DNA from: Octopus bimaculoides
Taxonomy: Eukaryota
Reading direction: 5' to 3'
Length of the DNA stretch: 36,145 bases
Assembly (NCBI RefSeq): GCF_001194135.2
Contig: NC_068982.1
Span: 52,848,336-52,884,480, forward strand
Positions 1 through 12,087 of this stretch are shown here, in pieces. Positions within the stretch are counted from its first letter, which is position 1. The number at the start of each line of letters is the position of its first letter. The position numbers and the translations under genes were made by a program. The notes under the pieces are model-generated. The model was not told the DNA's origin and ran no database searches. It worked only from the letters and a program-made list of their open reading frames with translations.

Positions 1-740
1 CAGGAGAAATAGAAGTTGCGGGAAAGGAGGACACCTCGGGTGTGCCGAAAGATGCCCCGACCCCCGCAACCGGTAAAAGGGAAAAAAAGAAAAGGAGAAA
101 CGGGAGACGGTCGGCGGACGTGCCACCGACCGAACCCGTTGCCTCTCCGTTGGGAAGTGTGCCACCGGATCGGGAGGCTCTGTCAGTGGGATTTGTGTCA
201 CTGACAGAGCAGGTTGCGGCCCATTCCGATGATGAGGAAACGGAGTATATCTTCTGTTACCTTAAGGGAAGGCCCGTTGAAAAGTGTCTGGATGATCTAT
301 TTGACCGTGAGCGTTACGACTGGGCATGTATAGCCCATCCACGTTGGCCTCCGCAGGTGGCTGCGGAGGTCTTAAGTCATTGTGAAGTCATGGAGGTCGA
401 AAAGACCTGTCAAAAAGAGGATTTTATTTACTTTCTTTCGGGCTTGCTACTGCGAGATCTCCTGATGGCGACGAGACAATTACTTGGAGGCCAGGATGAG
501 GAAGATTAGATCTTTAAACATAACTTTTATTGAACTGCCATTGAATTTTTGACTTGTATTGAACAATGTTTTCGAGGGGTTATCGATCGGCGGGCGTCGG
601 TGCCTCTCTCATTTTTATTCACCTTTTGTTATCATCCTCATCTCATTAATGTCCGTGTCCAGCCCGCAGCTACTTTACGTTTGTCTGTCCTTGTTTGTCC
701 CCTTTTTGTAAGGCCTTAATGGCCAATTTAATGAAATAAA
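1..740 (+). mobile_element. 3' part of a putative non-LTR-type element (ORF, 3' UTR and A-rich tail shared with SINE family A)
   Basis: The ORF is followed by a ~230-bp non-coding stretch ending in tttgtctgtccttgtttgtcccct...aatgaaataaa. Bases 680-703 are identical to 16205-16228 in the SINE A tail. Confidence 0.45.
3..509 (+). CDS. 5'-partial GC-rich ORF (C-terminal ~168 codons); likely retroelement ORF1/gag-like protein of unknown family
   Basis: The frame is open from the window edge (GEIEVAGKEDTSGVPKDAPT...) to TAG at 507-509. It is much more GC-rich than the rest of the window. A Pro/Lys/Arg-rich disordered stretch precedes a helical-looking C-terminus. No recognisable catalytic motif. 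Confidence 0.5.
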   Translation, partial: GEIEVAGKEDTSGVPKDAPTPATGKREKKKRRNGRRSADVPPTEPVASPLGSVPPDREALSVGFVSLTEQVAAHSDDEETEYIFCYLKGRPVEKCLDDLFDRERYDWACIAHPRWPPQVAAEVLSHCEVMEVEKTCQKEDFIYFLSGLLLRDLLMATRQLLGGQDEED

Positions 741-1046
741 GTAGCTTGCTTACCAACCACATGGTTCCGGGTTCAGTCCCACTGCGGGGCACCTTGGGCA
801 AGTGTCTTCTATTATAGCCTCGGGCCGACCAAAGCCTTGTGAGTGNNNNNNNNNNGTTTGTCCCCCCAACATCGCTTGACAACCGATGCTGGTGTGTTTA
901 CGCCCCCGTAACTTAGCGGTTCGGCAAAAGAGACCGATGGAATAAGTACTAGGCTTACAAAGAATAGGTCCTGGGGTCTATTTGCTCGACTAAAGACGGT
1001 GCTCCAGCATGGCCGCAGTCAAATGACTGAAACAAGTAAAAGAGTA
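741..1046 (+). mobile_element. tRNA-derived SINE, family B (5' head clipped; 10-N gap at the internal microsatellite)
   Basis: B-box-like ggttcagtccc, body ggcaccttgggcaagtgtctt, tail ggtgctccagcatggccgcagtcaaatgactgaaacaagtaaaagag. Collinear with the copies at 24593-24972 and 25409-25798. Confidence 0.85.
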
Positions 1047-1127
1047 CCTAAATATTGTTTAAACATTATTAGTATGGAAATAATTTCTAAATATGAATTA
1101 TCATTACAGTGGTAAATTGCTTCAAAG

Positions 1128-1380
1128 CAGTGGCTATCAACTTCTTTTGCCTATGGGCCCCTTTGATTTCTATTTTACTCTACTGGACCCTCATACTCAT
1201 TCGATGTTTAAGAAATGCTGTTATATTTTCATGATCAAATATTATTAGGAATTATATTTAAAAAATGGGAAAATATTTTGTGTATTGTAGAAGTATGACC
1301 AATTTATCGCACACAAATTTTCACAACAAAATCTTGTATGCACCATTAAGGGACATATGGACCACGTTTGGGAACCACTG
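1128..1380. mobile_element. hAT-type MITE (non-autonomous DNA transposon, 253 bp)
   Basis: Degenerate TIRs: cagtggctatcaac at the left and gtttgggaaccactg (reverse complement cagtggttcccaaac) at the right, typical of hAT/Charlie ends. The 8-bp flanks cttcaaag and ctgtagag match at 5/8, consistent with an old 8-bp TSD. Confidence 0.65.
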
Positions 1381-1588
1381 CTGTAGAGTGTCAGGTTGAA
1401 TACTTTTTCAGTATTTCAGTATTTAAACTTGTTTACCAAAGTTTATTTCTCATAGCGGACGACTTTACTTTTTATCGTATTAGAGTCATTCCAATAAATA
1501 ATATATACTAAGCGAAAAGTCTTTTCTCATCACGCTGTTTAGGTTTTGATGTACCTCGCTTAGCTGATAACTCCTTAATCCTGTATAT

Positions 1589-1825
1589 TTCTTATTTCTT
1601 TACTGCCCACAAGGGGCTACACACAGAGAGAACAAACAAGGACATACAAACGGATTAAGTCGATTATATCTACCCCAGTGCGTAACAGGTACTTATTTAA
1701 TCGACCCCGAAAGGATGAAAGGCAAAATCGACCTCGGCGGAATTTGAACTCAGAACGTAGCGGCAGACGAAATACCGCTAAGCATTTCGCCCGGCGTGCT
1801 AACATTTCTGCCAGCTCGCCGCCTT
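1589..1825 (-). mobile_element. tRNA-derived SINE, family A, full length (tail type 1)
   Basis: The reverse complement starts aaggcggcgagctggcagaa (A-box-like), contains gagttcaaattcc (B-box) and ends in ...cccttgtgggcagtaaagaaataag. Matches 16039-16263 and 32569-32790. Confidence 0.9.
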
Positions 1826-4743
1826 CCGTATATTTCTATTGCCTAATATGATTTGTACATAGACACGCACATACACAGATGATGTGTAGCTGTAGTCTAT
1901 TAACTGAACATAGCAAATATTCTTGCAGACCAACAGTTGAATAAAATGCAATGTCGAAGTTAACTGGCAGGGTGTGAACTCGGTCATTAATAAATGAAAT
2001 AAATTACTGCTCAGCGAGTTACCAGCTATACCACCCTTAGAGACCTGGTAACAATATCATAATAGCTTGTATCAAACAAAGTTTGATATTAAATGTTTCA
2101 GTGGATAGTTCGTCAATTAGTTGTCATTAGTCGTGCTCATGCAACATCTTGCAAGAAGCAAAGCAATTCCATAAATGTTTTCTCAGCGCAGCATAGCAAA
2201 CGAGCTTGCCAGTACAATTAACTAAATGACATCATGAAATCGATAGTACGTCTTCTCACTCTTCTCGATAAAAATGACCTTATGTCTCAAAAGGAAAATA
2301 ATATGAGGCGCGTAGGAATCATTTCCACGCAAATCGAATGGCTTATGTAGGGTCGGGAAACTGTTTTTGCTTCTGCAGGTCGGATATGAGTCGATGCTGA
2401 ACCATATAAATGCCACAAATTTTTTTAATGTAGAAATTATTCCATCTATTAAAAAAAAGAAAAATAATTCTTAAAAACATATAAAAAGCAAAATAATGCA
2501 TTGAATGGTGGTAAATTAAGTATAAGAAAGGAATTTATTGAATTTTAATGCGAATAGGGGCAAATCTGTGTGAAGACAATGTTTTTTATTGTTTAAAACT
2601 CCCTCAACATTGCATGTAGACTCATTGATGTCGAAAGCAAGACAGGTATAAGTGAATTTTGCTCTTCAAAGGTTCCTGATGTTCCACTTTTTTGAAAATA
2701 ATTGTACTAACAGATAAGCGCTGCCAAATAATGACGCAGTCTATTTTTCATAGACAGGTAAGTTAGAATACTTCTCACATGGATGTATATATTTTATATA
2801 GAAGTCCAGCAATTATATACCTTTAGACTGATATTTCTTTTCTATTATGTTACCATATTCTATTTAATTCCGTTCCATTTCATAATTTCGTAGTGTAGTG
2901 TCTATTTTCACATTAAACGGAGTAACAGACAGCTTGAACTTATTTGCGTATAAACGAAAATCAGTAAACTGAAGTGAAAATTTTTTTCTTTATTCTTGAA
3001 ATATATTCATAAATATGCCTACATCATGTGCTTTACTTTTTTGAAAAGTAGAAAAATGTGTAATAAGGAACTTATTACGGTTTGTCATGACTGTTCCTTT
3101 CTTTCAAGTGCCACGATTCGGACATACATCTTTTGTGTCAGCTGATTTTTTTTTTTCTGTCTTAAAGTTGCAAATCTAAATTATTTAAATAAAGTATTAT
3201 GCCCACAACAAATTTCAATTTTACACATCAATCGAGGTCGTGGAACAGTGAATCTCCAATATTTTTGCTTTCAAGAAATATCAAATATTATTGTCACTTT
3301 TTCATGCAAATAAAACACTCTTTGTAGCATTGATTTTCGTGTAAGCCAGCATCCCCAGCAAAAATAAGCTGTCTCCAGATTGTGGCTCTGTATCCAACAA
3401 AATATGTTGAAACACATATGTTTTAATCTACAAGAAAATACTAAATACAATTATATGTTATTTTCATCAAAGCCTCGTTAAAGTTAATTGAAAAAATACC
3501 TTTAACAATTAGAAAATTGAAGGAAAATGCTACGAGTCCTTATTCTCATCAAGCGCGCAATGAATTTCATGCATTCCTTATGCAAGTTTTAATGTCTGGT
3601 GATACATCTTTAACTTACTGTGTGATATATGCAAATAAATATTTATTTTCTGGGTAAATAATATCTACAACTACCTCTCCATCTGCAAAATGTTTTTCAC
3701 AAAACATTTAGTGATTTCGTTGCTGGTATGGATATTTCCTTCATTTTAAAAAGGTAGCACTAAATTCCCCAAACCTTCCTCGGAAGCGAAATTTTCACAT
3801 TCCTTGCCTGCCCAGTAAAACTGTTAACATTTCTACTTTGATGGGTTTCGTAATTTTGCCTAATAATTGCCACTTTCTTCACGTAACATTTCTTGGCACA
3901 TGGGACAGATTGGTGCTCAAGGAAGAAATAATCTGTGTCCAAGTATTGATGTTTCTTACATTTTACATTAAATGCATTCAAAACTTGAGCATTGAACAAG
4001 TATTATAAGTTTAAGTATTTAAATAATTCGCTCATCTGATACCTTGCTGTTGTCAGAGATGTCAAGAAGTTGCGCAACAACCACCAGTAAGTGAATCGTC
4101 TGTTTAGCTTTCTATTTAACAACCAAGTATGTAGGAACATCACTGAATAGCATATATAGAAAAAGAACAGTTGGTCCCAAATATTACTTGCAAATAGTAT
4201 GAATATCCACCATACTTAATAAAAAATAAAGGTCGACAAATTGCTAGAATTAATAATATTTTTCCATTTGTAGATATTTACTGAGGATTATTTTAAAAAC
4301 ATATGTCAATGATTCTCCTGACTAATTTTAGCGATCCTGACTGGGCATCTGCGCTACCACAGTGGGTATTTAATGCGTATGCCCTGGGTTTCGTATACAA
4401 CAGTGTTTGGTGTGAAACGAAACAGAACTTTAGGCTTCTATTATTATACACTATGCATGGCATCATCATGTGGTTATTTGAAACACAGAATAAGGAAAAA
4501 ATTACAATATTTTTCTACTGGTTGGGTCTGGTCTGCGGGCCTTAGATTGCCTCCTTCTGGCCTATAATATATTTGTTTGATTTTGTGTCTTATTCTGCTG
4601 ATTTCAAATCCTATCAGTTTTCTCATTGCTCTTTACCTTCTTGATTATTAAAAGATAAGTGATAATAATTTAATAAGATAAATTAAATCGAATAAGATCC
4701 GACCTGCCTCTACAAAAGACGAGCTTCACAGAATAAGCGTAAA

Positions 4744-5076
4744 GACGCCCTTCAGTCATGAATGACCATAGGATTGCACCTAGAAAGTAACCTTCCGAGG
4801 CACAAGTTTGGGCAAAGTTGCTTATGAAAGATCAGCAGTCACCTAGGCATACCAGCCTGCCCTTTCCACGCCTTTGATGTTATCCAAAGGAAAGGCAAAG
4901 GCCGATTCAGCTTGGCACCAGTGACATCGCAACTCATTTCTGCGGCTGGGAGAACTGGAGCAACGTGAAATAAAGTGTCTTACTCAAGAACACAACACAG
5001 CCTGATCCGGGAATCGAACTCACAACTTCATGATCGTGAGCCTGATGCTCTAACCACTGAGCCACGCACCTTCACA
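4744..5076 (-). mobile_element. tRNA-derived SINE, family C, full length with TSD
   Basis: The reverse complement has A box tggctcagtgg, B box gttcgattcc and core tgttcttgagtaagacactttatttcacgttgctccag. It is flanked by the direct repeat aataagcgtaaa at 4732-4743 and 5079-5090. Confidence 0.85.
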
Positions 5077-5403
5077 AAAATAAGCGTAAACTCATGACAA
5101 GTCAGATCCAAGAATCAATGACCATTACTCGTTCTATAAATTTCACTCCACTTAGGCAGTTAATACAGCGTTGATAAAGAACTGTCACACGATCACGTGT
5201 GCATTCTCCTGTAATATATGAATCCTTGCACTCAGGCTGGAAAAATCAATATCAGACTGAGTCACTTTGGACATGCACATTGTTAAAACGTGGGAAACAT
5301 AAATATAAAGTAGTTAATTACGAGCCATAAACATTTTCAATGCTGTTTATCATTGGTTATCATATTAAATGTCTTGCAGTATTTCTTCTCACTTATTGCG
5401 TCA

Positions 5404-5510
5404 TGAATTCAAATCCTGCCGCGATCAACTTTGCTATTTATCAATCTGGGGTTATTAAAATAAAGTACCGGCGTCTGATTTATTCGACTAACTCCATACC
5501 CCTAAATCTT
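5404..5510 (+). mobile_element. Degraded SINE family A fragment
   Basis: gaattcaaatcctgccgcgatcaactttgc...ggggttattaaaataaagtacc aligns loosely with the B-box and body of family A. Confidence 0.5.
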
Positions 5511-5682
5511 AGTACTTGTACCTATATTAGAAACAATTACTATTTATATCTTCAATTTAGAAAACTAACATACACCCGTTCATCCAAAAATCACTAATAT
5601 TTGCTATCTGCCCACTCAATAATTGAGACTATCAAATTAATGAATATGATGCAATTTGTCCAGATATTGAAATTTTTCGCGG

Positions 5683-5713
<31 letters not shown>

Positions 5714-5720
5714 TTGTAAT

Positions 5721-5772
5721 TGTTTCCATAGTATAAAATGATAACGAGAATTGAATTGGTTTTCCTACAAAC
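5721..5772 (+). repeat. 52-bp dispersed direct repeat, copy 1 (copy 2 at 7813-7864)
   Basis: tgtttccatagtataaaatgataacgagaattgaattggttttcctacaaac matches 7813-7864 with 3 mismatches. Confidence 0.85.
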
Positions 5773-5959
5773 GCAGAAGACAGACGGCAACACTATTAAT
5801 TCTACTGCGTTTACCTGAAGCAAACTTCTTTATCTTTAAGAAAATATGTTGATATTGCTCTATTGTTACTACGTTTTATTTTATTTATTTCTACTTTAGC
5901 TCTTTACTCTGTCTGTTGTTGCATTTGTTTTTGGTGCTGATGGTGATATTTTCGTCGTC

Positions 5960-6212
<253 letters not shown>

Positions 6213-6849
6213 ACAGCACAGTGGTATTGTTTTAGCTATAGCTATTGTTTCCGGACGTTACTGTCTAAAGATGTATTTTGCTCATGTTATATATGTTGTC
6301 TTTTTCTAACATAAGGTAGATTTGTTGAATATCATTTTATTGTTAATATATCGTGTTAAGAGGAAAGTTGGATTGTTTCAAATCTTTTCCAAAGAGGGAA
6401 AGAACATTGTTATTTGTTGTTTGCCATTTGTTTCTTCTGTGAAAGCAACAGTAATTTTTCAGCATACCTACTTCAGTGGTGATCGTGAGAGCGTTTTTCT
6501 ATCACGGTCGTAGCTGCCTTCATTTCCCGGTGGAAGAGCGAAAACAAAACAAATCTAATTGATGTGCAAACATTAATACAAGTTAAGAGCAGCAATACTT
6601 ACACCGTGAGATATGCAAAATATAAACAGTCGACGAACATATCAACAACAATAACAGTAGAAACACCCACGACAGTATTATCAACAGTAACCTTCACAAC
6701 AATAGCTACCAAAATAAAAGCATGTTTGAATTTGCAATTTCAAAAGTAGTTTTTGGTTCGACATCACCAAGGTGGTTTAAATTCACCTTGCTAACTTAAA
6801 CTCAGATAAAACAATGTGTTAAAAGCGATGAACGTATTTCAGTTCCTCA

Positions 6850-6915
6850 GAGTCGATTATAACCGACTTAACCCCTTCCCCCGAATTAACTGGCGCTGTG
6901 CCAAAAATCTCAAAC
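6850..6915 (+). mobile_element. Degraded 3' tail of SINE family A (tail type 2)
   Basis: gagtcgattataaccgacttaaccccttcccccgaattaactggcgctgtgccaaaaatctcaaac resembles the tails at 23835-23905 and 24070-24125. Confidence 0.5.
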
Positions 6916-7130
6916 TGATGTTTAGTTGGTTCTCTATGGAATAGAAGCAAATGACACGTCGAGGACACTCTTTTGAGTTAAGAACTAAAAATGTAAGACA
7001 AAAAGATAGGCTATATGAAGGAGTTCCATTTGTTCTTTGGCTAGATTCTCATATAGAAATAACAAAGGCGAAATCTGGTTGGTGTAAACTAATATTTTAG
7101 TGTTTTTTTTGCTTATAGAGTAAACATTTG

Positions 7131-7145
7131 ATATGTGTGTGCATA

Positions 7146-7186
<41 letters not shown>

Positions 7187-7191
7187 GTGTG

Positions 7192-7273
<82 letters not shown>

Positions 7274-7278
7274 TGTGT
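7131..7278. repeat. Compound (TA)n/(TG)n microsatellite
   Basis: Direct reading. Confidence 0.97.
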
Positions 7279-7812
7279 CGGGGAACTTGTAAAGGAAACC
7301 ATGAGATAGAATGAGGAGTGAACAAAAATGAACGTAATTTCCGCGATATTGGTTATACTGAGAATCTTATACCAAATACATTTAATGCGAATTCCGAGCA
7401 GTAAGAATGTGATACTGTTGATGTAAGATGAAAATCAGTAATGTTTCTATCACTAGTGATAAAGCCAATGTGAAGGCATTCTTCCATGAAAAAGTGAAAA
7501 GTTTGAATAAATGCAAGAAAAAAAAAAAGGACATCTTCCAAAAGTTATAACAAATGAACACCAACATTAACAACTTGAACAAAATTTCAAGACACAAGCG
7601 TGGAGGAAACCTTTTGGCCACTGAAGAGAGAACTATCTAATTTAATTACTAAATAAACTGAAATAGGGTAGTATCTACATTTTCTGCAGTAACACTACTA
7701 ATTGTTGAAACGAAAAGATCAGCGGAACAGCGGTATTAAATCAAAAGCAATAAAGATGAACAATGAGCATGGTTGAAATAGCGCTGAAATTACGTCTCAA
7801 ATCAAAAGAGCT

Positions 7813-7864
7813 TGTTTCCATAGTATAGCATGATAACGAGAGTTGAATTGGTTTTCCTACAAAC
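7813..7864 (+). repeat. 52-bp dispersed direct repeat, copy 2
   Basis: Matches 5721-5772 with 3 mismatches. Confidence 0.85.
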
Positions 7865-8239
7865 CGATATAGCTTGGCTACGTGAAAATCAAGCATAACC
7901 ACAAGAACTTTAGCAAGAACAGTAAACCAAATAATTGCAATCACAACCAGATCTTGAACAATAAACAACAAAATTATCGAGCGAAGCAAGCAAGAAGTCC
8001 AAGAGGACCAAAGTACTCTAATAGACAAATTGATGGTTAGTTTCTTACAGATACGAAACACCAACCATTGACACTCATTCCGTGACGAAATGTTGGAAAG
8101 CAATTTCGAGCTGAACAGCTAACTGAAAGGAAAGGAAATAAAAGATAGTCTCGCAATCAGTCTTTCCTCGATAAGTTAATGTTTTATAGTTTAATCAGAG
8201 GAGAAAGCGGAGTGTTCATTATCTTTCTGCTGGATCTCC

Positions 8240-8687
8240 AAGTGCGTGACACGGTGGCCTTATATCAAGAGAAACACTGCATAACCCTGCAGGTGTGGCC
8301 CAATTAGAATTTTCTTCTGGTCAAGTTGCTCATCCTGCTCAAAAGGTCCTTGAATAAGGGTTGTTTAAGGCTGTGGAACGAAATACCTATGTTTCCAGAG
8401 GTGAATTATTCAAACCCCAAATGATTTCCACTCAACACATTACTATGATGTTCCCCCACTACGTCTGCTCATGATCAGAGATGCACATATCGTCAGCTGG
8501 TTAAGGTCAAACAACCGACAAGCAAATCTGTGGTAACGAGCAGAATATTTGTTGCAGCCTATCTTTTATACCAAGAGAAAACAATGTACATGATAACACT
8601 TCCAATCAATTAAAATCAGAAGCAATGAAAGCCAGTGCCAGGTACTGCATCAGGGCAACAACCAGTGCTTGGTACTGCATCAGAGCA
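8240..8687 (-). mobile_element. Non-coding interspersed repeat abutting a (TAA)n array; probable 5' region of an R4/Dong-type element or a non-autonomous relative
   Basis: Bases ~8508-8603 align with 20126-20220. The element ends at (ATT)n 8688-8723 and carries a terminal 26-bp duplication (8632-8657 and 8662-8687). Assignment to Dong is inference from polarity and target. Confidence 0.55.
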
Positions 8688-8724
<37 letters not shown>

Positions 8725-9858
8725 GATAATGCTTTATAATCTTTAGATATTTTCTTCATTGATGAACAATTTTTAATGAGGCTATTGTTGTTTATTACAC
8801 AGTTTGTTAAATAGTTATTAGTCATGCTTAAAAAATAGTTATTGCTTTTACAGCTGTTTCGAACTGAGAGCGATATAGTTAGCAGGCTGTCATGATTTTC
8901 ATGTTAATCAATTGAAAACCTTCTCTCGCCTTATATAAAAATTCATAAAATTCTTGGTCACGTCAGACATCCACTGTTGTCTGTAGTAGTTATACCCTGT
9001 TATTTAAAGTATCATTTTCCCTAGTTGGAAATATTTCCGAAATCCTATAAACTGGTGTATAGCGCAAGGAAATAGAAAATTTCTCGACCAGAATTGTAGT
9101 GGAGGCATTAATTTACGAAATAGTAAGTTCGTAAAATGAACAATCTTCTGCTCCCAAGGGTAATTTGATCAACACTATGTGTAAAACTTTGGAACTTTGA
9201 ATTCTAAGTGAGACACTCATTTGAAGTCAAAATGAACTTAGACATGCTTATAGTCACCATCGCACTGCTTAAGACTAGATTCACTTTTCAAAGTATTTAA
9301 GAGTCAATAAATTTTAATTACTTTTAATTACACGGTTGTCTTACTGCTCTTACATTTTACCAGAATTAATTATTTAAATAATCAGTTCTTTTCACTAATA
9401 AAAATTTAGTGTCAATTGATTAAGATTTCTTCGCTTACTGCATTAGGCACCATATTGGTTAATTTACTAGTAATTTAGTTATAATTAATTGCCTAGCATA
9501 CATCACTATGTAAGGAGAAAAAGCATAAACATCGCAGCATCACACTTCAACGTTCTTGTCTGTTGAAGTAAGATAATAAATTTTACTTTACCAACCGTAA
9601 AATCTGATAGTTAATTTATTCAATGGGTGTCAAAACGCTGTCTTTGGTTTAAAGAGGAATATATAACATTCTAAGACTTTTACCGGAAATATCGAGTGAG
9701 ACACATGTCAGATATATTTAACATTTTATGGATCTCACATTACTAGACTTGTTCTGCTGTTAATGATGAGTGTCGTTCGTCAGAAAGTAGTTCCGGATGT
9801 GAAACATATTATCTATTTTCACTATCGAGAATATTAAATATATAAATGCATACATTCA

Positions 9859-9987
9859 ACATACATACATACATACGTACGTACGTACGTACGTACGTAC
9901 GTATGTATGTATGTATGTATGTATGTATGTATGTATGTATGTATGTATGTGTGTATGTATGTATGTATGTATGTATGTATGTATACA
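9859..9987. repeat. (CATA)n-(CGTA)n-(TGTA)n compound microsatellite containing a 60-bp perfect palindrome
   Basis: 9859-9918 is self-complementary: 18 nt of the CATA run, six GTAC units, then 18 nt of the GTAT run. Confidence 0.95.
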
Positions 9988-10779
9988 TAATGATTGCTTT
10001 ATTTTGTCAGGTGATAACCGTCTCACATTCAGCCTGATTGTTCTGATTTACTTTCAACTTTCATGTGCCTAGATATGACTTTACACGTTGCCACGCATCC
10101 ATTGCTATTCGACTTTACAAAATACAAAACAGATCAAGAAATGAAATTATACTGTAGAATTTGTACGTCATTGGAGTTAAGTGGCAAAAGCTTGTTTAAG
10201 AATTTTGCCACTCTATCGATCACCATAGTAGGTTCCAGTGAGAAGCATTCCAAGAAGACTGGTACTATTTTGAGGGCAAGTTTTATGTCAGAGTATCTTT
10301 CTCCTAGAAGAGATAGCTTCCCAACAGCTCTGGGAAATCTATTTAACCCATAACCAGGACCCAGACAGTTACTATCTTTTCGGGTCATAACGGATCTGGG
10401 AGTAATGGTAACTAAGGAGTGACTCCACGCTTCTCACAACGCCAAAACTCTTGAGCTAGAGTTTCACCTCTAGGTTCATTTTAAAGCCAAACCCAGAACA
10501 TACATACATACAACATTTAAAAACCAATTTTTTCATTGGAATTTTGTTGGGTTAGTCATCTGGCCAGTTACATAAGTTACTGGGTAAATGTAACAGTTCT
10601 AAGTTTGACGTTCAGATTTATAGGTGTTTTCTTTTATTTGTGTATTTAATTCGACATTGTACCAATTCACCAACGTTTTTGTGGGAAATAGGTTTCAGAG
10701 CACTCTTTGGATACTAGTGTCTGTCCACAAGAATAATTATTTCTTATCATCCGAGTGGCTTTGTATGAAACGTGAAAAT

Positions 10780-10982
10780 TGTTGTTAGGAATTAGCAATA
10801 CTGGAACATACCTCCCACGTAAAGAATGGAATAACTTAGTCATTATAAGTAAAGAGAAGTACTTGAAGTACGAGAGTACGTAGTAGGCGGTCAGAAATAG
10901 TTGTATCTTTACTGGTTTGACTAAGTATACTCTATACTGAAGTGAGCGTTATAAAAATCCAGCATTTTTAAGGATTATAACA
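10780..10982 (+). repeat. 5' LTR
   Basis: tgttgttaggaattagc...aaggattataaca aligns with 13466-13666 at roughly 80-85% identity by eye. Confidence 0.92.
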
Positions 10983-10983
10983 G

Positions 10984-10996
10984 TGGCGAAGAGGAT
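10984..10996 (+). promoter_or_regulatory. Primer-binding site complementary to the tRNA-Ser(GCU) 3' end
   Basis: tggcgaagaggat lies 1 nt after the LTR. It is a 12/13 match to TGGCGACGAGGAT, the reverse complement of the metazoan tRNA-Ser(GCU) 3' end (from recall). Confidence 0.75.
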
Positions 10997-11096
10997 AAAG
11001 CAATTCACGTGGAGTTATTTGAAACTCGAAGAGGAGTTAATAAACCCACAAAGTTAGTGTACAAATTGTACGAAAAATCGGAAAAGTACGGAAAAT

Positions 11097-12009
11097 TTGT
11101 TGGCAGGTTTGCCCGAGTGGCAAAAACAGCAACAACAACAACAGCAGATACAACTGCATGAGCAACAACAGAAGCAACAACAACAAATAATATTACAGCA
11201 ACAAATGCTGCAATTACTGAAGTCATCAGGAAAGTCAGAAAAAATGTTCTCGCCAGACTATGTTGCGAACTCGAAAATAGTATTCAAATACAAACCAGAT
11301 GAAGGAGTTACCTTCGAGGCATACTACAGAAGATATGAGCATATCTTTGATAAAGAATATAAAGATTGGGACGACGGGATGAACACACGTTTTATCATAG
11401 GAAAACTGGTGGCAGCAGAACATGAGCGTTGCAGCAATTATGCACTCCCGAGAAAACCTTTTGACTTAAACTTTAATGACACAGTAAATATATTGTGTAA
11501 ATTTTTTAGAGTAAAAAGCTAATTGTTCAACATGCATTGAGAGTGTCCTAACATAGAGAAAAACAACGACGAGGACTACATCACATATACTGGTAGAGTA
11601 AACAGGGAATTCGAGAGGTTTAAGCTGGACGAACTAATGCCAGATATATTCAAATGCCTGATTTTTACACAGGGACTTACTGCTGAAAAAGATACAGAGT
11701 TAGAATTAGAATTCTCGCTAAGATGGAACAAAGCCAGGATGTAACCCTACAACAAATATCAGAAGAATGTGAAAGGATAGTTAAATTAAGAGACGTCACA
11801 GGGGAAAATGAACGTAAAGACTGTTTCCAAGTAAAGCAAGTGCGAAATAGTCAGTATAGAGATAAAGTGTTTTCTAAAGAACTCGACAAAAATCAGGAAA
11901 TAACCCATGTTTTGCATGTGGAGGTATACACCTGAGGACAAATTGTCCATTTAAGAAAACGGAGTGCTTTCGTTGTGGAAATATAGGACATATAAAGACG
12001 CACTGTAGA
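11097..12009 (+). pseudogene. gag: Disrupted gag with poly-Q N-terminus and tandem zinc knuckles
   Basis: FKYKPDEGVTFEAYYRRYEHIF...W...EHE...LP is a Mag/K02A2.6-like gag motif. CFACGGIHLRTNC and CFRCGNIGHIKTHC are encoded at 11908-12006. Stops and frameshifts lie between these segments. Confidence 0.85.
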
Positions 12010-12087
12010 ACGAAGATGGCAAAACTTCAGAACAAAGGAAAAAGAATAAATAATATGTCATCGGAAGAAATTGGTAATATATCGATG

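Noticed and set aside
2714-2757. Micro-exon candidate (tactaacag acceptor, cag/gtaagt donor); similar candidates at 4057-4086, ~7873-8036 and after the acceptor at ~28116
   Set aside because: The splice-like signals are plausible, but the peptides are unrecognisable and no consistent gene model can be chained. RNA-seq would be needed.
4990-5076. tRNA-like sequences with A and B boxes (also the heads of SINE A and B copies)
   Set aside because: They continue into SINE bodies and tails, and have no intact cloverleaf or acceptor stem, so they are not tRNA genes.
5722-5735. RFX X-box-like motif gtttccatagtata (also at 7814)
   Set aside because: The 3' half does not match the NAAC consensus and no promoter context is evident.
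10063-10388. Overlapping non-repetitive ORFs on both strands (96 and 84 aa), and the 80-aa ORF at 4303-4545
   Set aside because: No recognisable domain, lengths are compatible with chance, and splice support is weak.
10390-10500. Segment resembling another abundant cephalopod interspersed repeat (ggatctgggagtaatggtaac...)
   Set aside because: The resemblance is from recall only, with no second copy in the window to confirm boundaries.
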